Of a DNA stretch of 64,000 bases, positions 54,388 to 64,000 are shown one piece after another. Each line of letters starts with the position of its first letter. The first letter of the stretch is position 1. Source of the DNA: Octopus vulgaris (lineage: Eukaryota); the NCBI GenBank assembly GCA_951406725.2, contig OX597831.1, positions 12,214,001-12,278,000 on the forward strand. The letters run 5' to 3'. Under the pieces are notes generated by a model. That model ran no database searches, was not told the origin of the DNA, and was given only the letters and a program-made list of their open reading frames with translations. Both the position numbers and the translations under genes were made by a program.

Positions 54388-55712
54388 CATCATCATCATC
54401 ATTATTGTGTTTAGAACATGGACTAACACAAAATTACGAAGGAAGATTTTAATTTAGATCATTTGAAACATGAAGTCTCTATCACGGAACCAGGAGCAGT
54501 TTCAGGAGACTTATTATGAAAAGGTTTTATGCACAAAACTGAAAATAGAAAGGTTACTTGCTATATTTATCATTAAAATGGTTTATGCTAACAATATCTA
54601 TGCAGTAACCTATTGGTTAAAACAGATCCAACAGAGGTTATCATCATCTGCCATAAATACAAAGTCTGACTTTTTGTGCACTTTTAGTTAGACTCAGTAA
54701 TTGAAATTAGCCATGATATGAAGCTGATCTAAACACTTTTGGAAGGGTAAAATCAATACAAATTTAACCACTGTGGCATATAGTAATCTGCAAAGAAAGG
54801 AAAAGCCATTAGAATGTAAAAGTTAGTATTTATTTTGCTGTATGGAAGAAAAGTTCCCTTAATGTGGCTGTTGTGAAAAATGTGAGTGGACTTCTTTTCA
54901 ATGTTTGCTTTCACAACAAGCACAGGCATGGCTGTGTGGTAAGAAGTTTGTTTTGCAACTACAAAGTTTCAGGTTCTGTCCCACTGCTGGGTGTCTTGGG
55001 CAAACGTCTTCTACTGCAGATTCAGGATGACCAATTCTTTGTGAATGGACTTGGTAAATGGAAACTGAAAGAAGCCCATTAGGTGTGTGTGTGTGTGTGC
55101 ACATATAGTATGTTTCTATGTATGTTCCTGTCTACTTGTTTTGACATCGTATGATAGTTGTATGTGAGTGCCACTGTCAGATAAGTGGTGTTGTTTGCTT
55201 TCGATATTCACAAAGACACATCTGGCCATGGGGAAAATATTACCTTTCTTGAACAGAGGTGAGAGTGTTAGTGACAGGAAAGGCATCTGGCCATTGAAAA
55301 TCTTCCAGATGGCCCACACATGTATGGAAAAATGGACACTAAACAATGGTGATGATGATGGTGGTGATAATAATGATGATGGTGATGATAATGATGATGG
55401 TGATGGTAGTGATAATGATGATGATGGTGGTAGTGGTGATGGTGATGGTGGTGATGCCTATTTACTGTGTGTTTTGATTGATTCTTTGAAGTAGGAACGC
55501 CTTTCTTTTTTTGCAACTTTGATCGTATGGTCTTGCATAACGATAATCATAGGTTGATTATGGTCATGAGTTATTGACCTTCCACCTGGAATACAAAGAT
55601 GCCCTTTATGTGCCTTTTTTCTTTTTTCTTTTTTTTTTTTGGTCAACTTGTTAGAAAAAGCAGTCAAATTACTCTGAAAACAAAAACCTTACTATTCAAA
55701 CAAAAAAACATG

Positions 55713-55852
55713 ATGTGGTAAGAAGTTTGCTTCCCAACCACATGGTTCTGGGTTCAGTCCCACTGTGTGGCACCCTGGCCACGTGTCTTCTACTATAGCC
55801 TCAGGCTGACCAAAGCCTTGTGAGTGGACAGAAACCGAAACGAAGCCCATCG

Positions 55853-55919
<67 letters not shown>

Positions 55920-56123
55920 TTGTGTGTGTCTACTATTACTGCTTTGACAACCAGTGTCGGTATGTTTACATCTCTATAACTTAGCAGTTCTGCAAATGGA
56001 AACCAATAGAATAAAGATGAGGCTTAAGAAAAATTAAAAAGAACTGGGGTCTATTAATTCCCCTAAAATTCCTTGAGGCAGTGCTCCAGCATGGCCGCAG
56101 TCTAATGACAGAAACAAATAAAA
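55713..56123 (+). mobile_element. tRNA/CORE-like SINE
   Basis: Same family, with (TG)n centre. Confidence 0.8.
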
Positions 56124-56426
56124 GGTAAAGATGGTCATGATTAGAATGCTTCCATCATAATCTGCTTGTTCGGCACTGAATGACCCAGGGCTAAACAGCA
56201 ACAGTGATTATCATCAGTTGTTCATCTCAAAACAATCTCAGATGTCTGACTCTTAGATTTTAGCTTCATCAAAAGTTTTCTTCACAGCTCTGAAAATTAC
56301 ACAACACAGAGACAAGTGAACAAGCTGACTTCAATGTGGTTACTCAACCTGCTAAAAATAGTAGTCAAATTTCTCTTGCAGTCACATCAATACAATTATC
56401 ATCATAATTATTATTTTAACACATTA

Positions 56427-56645
56427 AGGCACCAAGCTGGCAGAAACGTTAGCACACCGGGTGAAATGCTTAGCAGTATTTCATCTGTCTTTACATTCTG
56501 AGTTCAAATTCTGCTGATGTCGACTTTGCCTGTTATCCTTTTGGGGTTGATAAATTAAGTACCAGTTGCATACTGGGGTCAATCTAATTGACAGGCCTCC
56601 TCCCTCAAAATTTGGGGCCTTGTGCCTAGAGTAGAAAAGAATTAT
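56427..56645 (+). mobile_element. Nin-core SINE, full length
   Basis: Head aagctggcagaaacgttagc, core, and tail cttgtgcctagagtagaaaagaattattat. Confidence 0.8.
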
Positions 56646-57540
56646 TATTTTGACACCCACTTTTCCATGCTTGCATGGCTCAGATGAAATTTGTTGAAGT
56701 TGATTTTCTATGGCTGGATACCCTTCCTGTAGCTAACACTCACTTGTTTCCAAGCAAACTAACACTTTCCCACGACTGAACATGTTTCCATAGGAGATTG
56801 GAGACAAAAAACACAACTGATATAGTGGAGCTCAAGAAGATGCAAACACCAACACCACACACACAAATACATACACACACGTTTGCATGTGTGTGTGTGT
56901 GTAAGTATGTATGTACACACATACACATATAAATGAAGGGTTTTCCGTTTCCCTTTATCAAATCCACTGAAAAAGATTGGCCCCAGTGCTATAGTAGAAG
57001 ACACTTGCTCAAGATGCCATGCTGTGGAAGTGAACCTAAAACTACATAGCTAAGAAGCAAGCAAGCTTCTTAACAGAAATAGCCATTTCTGTACCTTTGC
57101 AATGAAAACACTATATCAAGTTTAACTCCTTGAGGCTTGAATGTAGTCAAGCAGGGTCAAAGACAACCTATTTGTGTATGTCAGTATTGTGTATCAAATC
57201 CAATATAACAAGTCATAAATTATTAAATCGCAGTTGAGTTGCAGATATCCAGAGACAAACCCCAGATAACATGAGAAATCTAATCACTGACACCGACTAA
57301 GCTATAATTACAAGCACAATAAATGCAGGATATATCATATATATATGAGCGAACCTGTACATAATCAATAAACTTACAAGAAATAGCAGCCAAATCTATA
57401 TTGTGTAACAGCTTACCATCTGGTAAAAACAAAGGACACATCTGATAATGTTCTCCCACACACATTTAAAACGACTGGATGAATGCAGTTGAAATGTTTT
57501 TGATCAGGGGTTTACCAAATCAGGGTTTACTTGTGCCTCA

Positions 57541-57597
57541 GATAACAATGACAATGACTACCACCATTACCGCCACTACTACTACTACTACTACTAC

Positions 57598-57641
<44 letters not shown>

Positions 57642-57663
57642 TAATAATAATAATAATAAAATG

Positions 57664-57738
<75 letters not shown>

Positions 57739-57786
57739 TAATAATAATAATAATAATAATAAAATAATAATAATAATAATAAAATG

Positions 57787-57849
<63 letters not shown>

Positions 57850-57851
57850 TG

Positions 57852-57905
<54 letters not shown>

Positions 57906-57923
57906 TGATAATAATAATAATAA

Positions 57924-57957
<34 letters not shown>

Positions 57958-57959
57958 TG

Positions 57960-58005
<46 letters not shown>

Positions 58006-58006
58006 T
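57541..58006. repeat. (CTA)n-(TAA)n microsatellite with recurrent aaaatgat interruptions
   Basis: Directly visible. Confidence 0.97.
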
Positions 58007-58222
58007 GGTTTCAAATTTTGGCTCAAGGCAACCAGTTTCAGAGGAGAGGGTAAATTGATTACATCGATTCCCAGGGCTTAACTGGTACGTATTTTATTGA
58101 CCCTGAAAGGATGAAAGGCAAAGTCAACCTCGGCAGAATTTGAACTCAGAATGTAACGGCAGATGAAATACTGCTAAGCATTTCACCTGGTGTGCTAACA
58201 ATTCTGCCAGCTCACCACCTTA

Positions 58223-58254
<32 letters not shown>

Positions 58255-58455
58255 CCTTTCTACTATTGACACAAGGCCTGAATTTTTAAGGGTTGGGTCA
58301 GACGATAACATTGGCCCCAGTGCTCAGGCAGTATTTATTTTATCCTGAAAGGATGAAAGGCAAAGTTGATCCTGGTAGAATTTGAACTCAGAATGTATGG
58401 ATGCATGAAACACTGCTCAGTCTTTTTTCTGGTGTGCTAACAATTCTACCACCTC
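58006..58455 (-). mobile_element. Two tandem Nin-core SINEs next to a long (AAT)n array
   Basis: Same head/core, separated by (aat)n. Confidence 0.8.
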
Positions 58456-58511
58456 AATAATAATGATAATAATGATGATGATGGTGATGGTGATGATGAT
58501 GATAATAATAA

Positions 58512-59045
58512 ATGCCCTGATGCAGTACCAGGCAGTGGCTCTCATGGCTTCTGATCTTAAATGATTGTACATAATTTTGTCTTTGTATAAAAGATAGGCT
58601 ACAGTAAATATTCTGCTCAATACCACAGATCTGCTTGTCAGTTTCTTGACCATAACTAGTTGAGCATGTCCCTTAGTAGCTGATGATATGTGCATCTCTG
58701 ATCACGAGCAGAAGTAGTGGGGGAGCATCATAGCCATGTGTTGAGAGGGATTCTTTGGGGTTTGAATAATTCACCTCTGGAAACATGGGTGGTTCATTCA
58801 ACATCCTTAAACAACCCTTATTCAGGGACCTTTTGAGTGGGATGGGCTACTCAACCTGAAGAAAATTCTAACTGGGCCCCACCTGCACTGTTTATCTTGG
58901 TATGAGATCACCATGTTGTGCACATATGGTTATGATGCATGTGCCTGGTGTACCCTTATCAGACAAGTAGAGATGACAGGTATACTGGGCTTCTTATATT
59001 TGTACCCCAGCATCTCTTTGACAGCATGTGCTGCTCTCTCACTCA
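58512..59045 (+). mobile_element. ~530-bp non-coding interspersed repeat inserted in (TAA)n/(TGA)n
   Basis: Starts atgccctgatgcagtaccaggc and ends ctctctcactcaataataat. Strand assignment is inferred from the tail. Confidence 0.85.
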
Positions 59046-59135
59046 ATAATAATAATGATATCATCAACAATAATGACAATGCAGTAAGACCGTTCAGAGA
59101 GCAAAATACTTTTGTATGCTAAATTACAAAGGCAG

Positions 59136-59171
<36 letters not shown>

Positions 59172-60087
59172 ATACATATATATCTCACTAAGATTTCTTA
59201 TAAAGATTTCTGTCAATATTTTGATAACAACATTTCTGGCCACTAGTTATATATATATAAGAGACAAATTGACTGAAGAACACCAGTAATGGAAACAGAA
59301 GTTTTGTTCTTGAAACAAGGGATGAAGAAGGAAGGAAAAAAAAAGAAGAAAAAAAGAAAAAAAAAAAGAAGAAGAAAAGAAAATAAAAAGAAAGAAAAAA
59401 AACAGAAAAACAAAATCAACATTATAAATAATTTGAATTTTCTTCATACTTTTCATTTACCTTAGTGTATATGTGCTGTGACAGTGAGTGGTGGTTTGGA
59501 GCTAGTATCTACTTTCAGACAATATTTGTTTAACAATATTTGCTAACACACAACACAAAGAAAACAAATTCTTTTTTATATCGTCCATTAATTACTGTTT
59601 CCCACCAACAAGCTACCATTAAGAAGGAGGAGGAGATTTTTATTTCATTAAAAATTGCTATCTGTTGCATGGATGATTGATTGAACAGTCTCTTATCTCT
59701 TCATCACAACTATTACCACTCCGACACCCCCGCCACGACCACCTCCACCGTGGTGGCTGCTGCTGTCAGAAATTCTTCTACATTTATTTGTCTATGTGCT
59801 GCAAAAAAGTCTACAAGCTGTTCTTCAAACTTGCTACTTTCTTCTTCATTTATTTTCTTTTACTCTTTTAGTGGTTTCAGTCACTGGACTGTGGCCATGC
59901 TGGGGCACTTCCTTTAAGAGATTTTGCTGATTACATCAACTCTGGTACAACTTTGGTAGTTATTTTGCCAATCTCATAATGTTGAATGTCAAAGTTGAAC
60001 TGAGAATTTGAGGTAGAGAATCTGTCAGTGCACACACATACATGCACACACACACACATGCACACACACACACACACACACGCACAT

Positions 60088-60124
<37 letters not shown>

Positions 60125-60448
60125 TGCACACACACACACACACGCACATGCATATGAGTGACAGCACTAATTCTCCATATTCCATGGAGTGCGGCAGCTT
60201 CTGTTTAATTTGTGTCATTTGTTAACTGATCAACATATATTTGGAGGGTAACCAATGGGAATTAGATCATGTTGGGCAGTCACGGACTCATATTTCCTTA
60301 TTTTCCCACAATGTCCTGCAAAACAAACTCTTCTTTCTTTTATGGGATCCAATACTTTAGGAACCTTATGGTACAATCTTTCTCAGGTAGGCATATATGC
60401 AGGAAGGAAATTTGAAATTTGCTTTGGGGACACAAACCCATTCTTTTA

Positions 60449-60828
60449 TTCTTTTATTTGTTTCAGTCATTTAACTGCGGCCATGCTGGAGCACCGCCTT
60501 TAGTCGAGCAAATCGACCCCAAGACTTATTCTTTGTAAACCTAGTACTTATTCTATCGGTCTCTCTTGCCGAACTGCTAAGTTAATGGGCCCTTAAACAC
60601 ACCAGCATCGGTTTTCAAGCGATGTTGGAGAGGGACAAACATATATGTGTATATATACATATATACGATGGCCATCTTTCAGTTTCTGTCTACCAAATCT
60701 GCTCACGAGGCTTTGGTCAACCTGAGGCTATAGTAGAAGACACTTGCCCAAGGTGCTACGCAGTGGGAGTGAACCCACAACCATGTGATTGGTAAGCAAG
60801 CTACTTACCACACAGCCACTCCAGCACC
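60449..60828 (-). mobile_element. tRNA/CORE-like SINE, full length
   Basis: Same family. Confidence 0.85.
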
Positions 60829-61366
60829 ATGTCTAAAATTTTTAAAAGGTTGATTTTTTTCTATTGTGATATCAAAACAAATATGGGAATGATAACAATA
60901 ATTATTATATTTGTACATCGATCAAGTCAGATAAAAACAATAATGGAAAAAATAATGTTTCTATATGAATCCAAAAGTGTTTCTATGCTCATTCATTTTG
61001 GTGATGAAATTTCTCAGGAGGGTGTTTGAAGCATTTTCATTGTCCCCACCCCAAATTTCAGGGAGTGTGCTTGCATTCCCTGTGCCCCCTGATTCTGAGC
61101 CAAAGCAAGTGGTGTGTCTTTTCTGGGACATGTTCAAAATGGCACCAAACATTTCCATGTACGGGCCCTCCAACAAAGCTAAGTCTTTTGGTTGGGGTCA
61201 AAAGAGAAAGAACCATGGAGATGCACAATTTCAACCCCTGCACGAAAGGGGTTCCTTTTAAGATTCTCTGACAGCTTAAATATCTATGAGATTATGCTGA
61301 AAATTCTAAGGGCTAACCAAACTTTGCCGAATAAGGGTCATGTAAGTTTGAACAGACTCAACCTCA

Positions 61367-61605
61367 TGAGGATGATGATGATGATGATGATGGCGATGAC
61401 TATAATGATGATGATCATGATAATGACTGATATTAATGATAATTGATTATGATGATGAAGATGATGACAATGATTATGATGATCATGACAAAGATGATGA
61501 TGATGATGACACTGATAATAATGATTATGAGGATTATCGTTATTATTATTATTATGAGAATAATGATAAGGATGCTGTTGCTTCTGCTGCTGCTGATGAT
61601 GATGA
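61367..61605. repeat. Degenerate (GAT)n/(TAT)n triplet repeat
   Basis: Directly visible. A similar tract lies at 55345-55456. Confidence 0.9.
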
Positions 61606-62462
61606 GTGATAGCTGATCAAAGGAAGTTGTGGAGTGTTTCATGAAAAACAGCACCAGCCAGGCTGCAATTCCTTCAGAACACTGTGTAAGACGTGCTTCC
61701 ATCCACAGCTGTTATTCAACAATTAGATTAGAGTTGTAAATCTGATTGTATTCTACATGACCAGCTTCTACATGACTAGCTTCACAGATCCATTATTAAT
61801 TTGTGATTTCAAATTAAAAAGAAGCATCTATTTATTCTAAATTTTATATTATGTATTTGTGAACCAAAAGAATTCATGGTTATGTGTCTCTGATGGGCCG
61901 ATTGTGAGTTCACTTCATTTCCAAAGACAAAAATTACGGGGAAGGGTGTATTTAGCTTGAGTAAATTATACAATATATTTATTTAATGTACTAGTTCACA
62001 TATATATATATATATATATATATAGGCCTATAAAAGGTTTCCCCATAGTTTCCGTCCTTATAATTACACTCAAAATGCTTTGGTCAACTTGAGGCTAGGA
62101 TTAAAGTTATTTGTTCTATCATGCATACTTCTAAAGCACACAGGCAGGCTTGCATCATTAAGTGAAAATTATGTTTCTTTGATTTGTAAGATTTTAAAAC
62201 TTCAGAAACAAATTTATAAGAATTTGATGGCACTGAGACCAGATCAAGTGAGCAGGATTAGGGGCAAGTCAGAAAAACTGCTTAGTCGCATTCATATTTT
62301 CGGAGTTCAAATTTCACTGTAATTGACATTGCCTTTCACTTTTTTCAGGGTCAGTAAAATAGACACCATTTGAATACTGGGGTCAATGTAATTGACTATC
62401 ATTCTTCCTTAGCAGCATTTCATCTGGTTCCTTACTTTCTGGTTTCAAATCCCAACAAACTC

Positions 62463-62852
62463 AATATCTCTCATTGTGACATTTAAAAATAGTAATTTTC
62501 TAATTTATAGATCAGTGACTAGTTGTCACTTTGAAAACTATATATTTTGAACGGGAATTTGGCAGCGCCACCTCTAGCCGAACAATTATTCTGTGCTGAT
62601 GAAGAGAAATAACCTGGAAATCGTAATACACAGATATTGTTCTGAGCTGAGTGGGGGTGCTAGATTCCCTTGTTTGAAAATATAAGGACACAGATTGTGT
62701 CGTACAGCCAGCTGGAGACGATGTCTACTGGGGCTAAATTACAGCAACATTCATCCTAAACCAGGACTGCCATGTTATGTTGGCAATCTTTACTTCAAAG
62801 TATTGTTACTGAATATCTCTCATTGTGAAATCTAAAAATAGTAATTTTCTAA
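62463..62852 (+). mobile_element. Candidate retrozyme: ~349-nt HHR-containing non-coding unit with terminal redundancy, inserted into a SINE
   Basis: 41-nt direct repeat (62463-62503 vs 62812-62852, 2 mismatches). Probable TSD aaactcaat/aagctcaat (62457-62465, 62851-62859). The host SINE resumes on both sides. Internal HHR core on a long imperfect helix. Confidence 0.7.
62581..62641 (+). ncRNA. Type I hammerhead ribozyme motif (stem II degenerate)
   Basis: tctgtg-CTGATGA(62596-62602)-agagaaataacctg-GAAA(62617-62620)-tcgta-ATA-cacaga. Stem I tctgtg/cacaga is extended by aacaat/attgtt. Predicted cleavage after AUA at 62628. Confidence 0.7.
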
Positions 62853-64000
62853 GCTCAATTTTGTTTTCCATCTTTTAGGGGTGTATAAAATAATTACCAG
62901 TTGAGCACTAGGGTCAATGTAATGGACTTATCACCTGCCCACCACTGAAATTGCTGGCCCTGTGCCCAAATATGAAACAGTTACTGTCATCATCTACTCC
63001 TTCCTGATATTAGACAATGTTGTTGCAATACAAAATGTCTTCAACAGAAGAATGGGTGATAGAAAATTGCCATACATCATAATGATTTATTTGGTTTTGG
63101 TAAAGTGCAAATCATCTCAAAGTAGTAGTGAGAATAATCCAATTCCAATGACAAAAAAAAGTCTTTGTGTAAATAGAAGAAAGTAAAATGAAGTTGGAAG
63201 TAGACAGAGAACTTCTTAGGAGGAAGGATTTAATTTGTTAAATCAAATATTAAACGACACCAGAGATTTCTCTTTCTTAATGTCAAAATTAGTTTGAGAA
63301 AGAAATGGAAAAGGTCTGGCAGACTTTCAGGAGACAAACTTAATCTGTTGTTCATAACAGTGGAGTCTATTTTGTTGGAAATATTCAGTCTTTAGACCAA
63401 GGTAAAATAGTTCAATACGCTGCAACATTGCTGTTTCCTGCAGCATCAATCAAAGAATTATAGCTTCTCCTTCCCTAATTTTTCAGCAATCCTGGGAGTC
63501 CAGTAGAAAAATTCAAGGATGCTGTCCTTCTTCTAAGATGCCATTGTTGCTGCCACTACTACCAACATTGTCATCAAGGTTTTAACACCTGCATTTCGAT
63601 GCTTGCATAGATCAGATTACATTCAGTTGAGGCAGAATTTTCTATGACTGGATGCTCTTCCTGTTGCCAATCTTCCCTTGTTTCCCTCATCTGTCAAACA
63701 GTGAACAGTCTGCACATACTGTTGTAGGGCATTGCAAACAAATGACAAGGTTTCTATGAATGGAGACTTTTGTATGTTTTGAAATTATATTTCCAATCAT
63801 AAAAACCACTTTGAATATTATTTTAGCAAGTTCTTTGGTGCAATAAGCCATTTACCATTTCCATGGTGTCTCCCTCTCTTCTCTAGATGCCCTAAGCACA
63901 ATGCTTATTTTGATTAATGGTTAATCCAGCACTGAGAAACACACAACATCACAAATCCTTGTTGTGGCTGGTGCCAGTGACATGTGAAAGGGACCCACTT

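Noticed and set aside
58512-58885. HDV-like ribozyme in the 530-bp element
   Set aside because: ccctga/tcaggg could pair, but I could not assign P1.1, P2 or P3.
59273-59310. CTGAAGA...GAAAC..GTT hammerhead-like string (weaker ones at ~2646, 23343, 27631)
   Set aside because: Stem I and/or stem II cannot be formed convincingly.
60965-61340. Overlapping ORFs in a GC-richer block
   Set aside because: No recognisable protein or splice structure. Probably a non-autonomous transposon fragment that I cannot classify.
62561-62580. CTCF-like motif (ctagaggtggcgc on minus)
   Set aside because: Only the 3' half matches, and it lies in a paired arm of the retrozyme candidate, which explains it better.

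Overview
AT-rich, microsatellite- and SINE-dense animal genomic DNA. The repeat families look like those of octopus (inference from recalled families). The window probably lies wholly inside one minus-strand gene, a type IV diacylglycerol kinase (DGK zeta/iota, rdgA-like). Three phase-compatible coding exons are visible: 46982-47134 (end of C1b domain), 17147-17385 (MARCKS-like basic segment plus start of the catalytic domain) and 5764-5938 (GGDGT ATP-binding motif). They are separated by 29.6-kb and 11.2-kb introns. The rest is tRNA-derived SINEs, RTE and R4/Dong-like LINE fragments, MITEs, Helitron/Helentron-type elements, a hAT fossil and a Penelope-like GIY-YIG element. The most interesting signal is four different hammerhead-ribozyme (HHR) motifs in the introns. 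One sits in a ~349-nt, terminally redundant, highly base-paired non-coding insertion at 62463-62852 that looks like a retrozyme (genomic copy of a ribozyme-bearing circular RNA). Almost all ORFs in the supplied track are microsatellite or repeat artefacts. Repeat boundaries are approximate and were read by eye.
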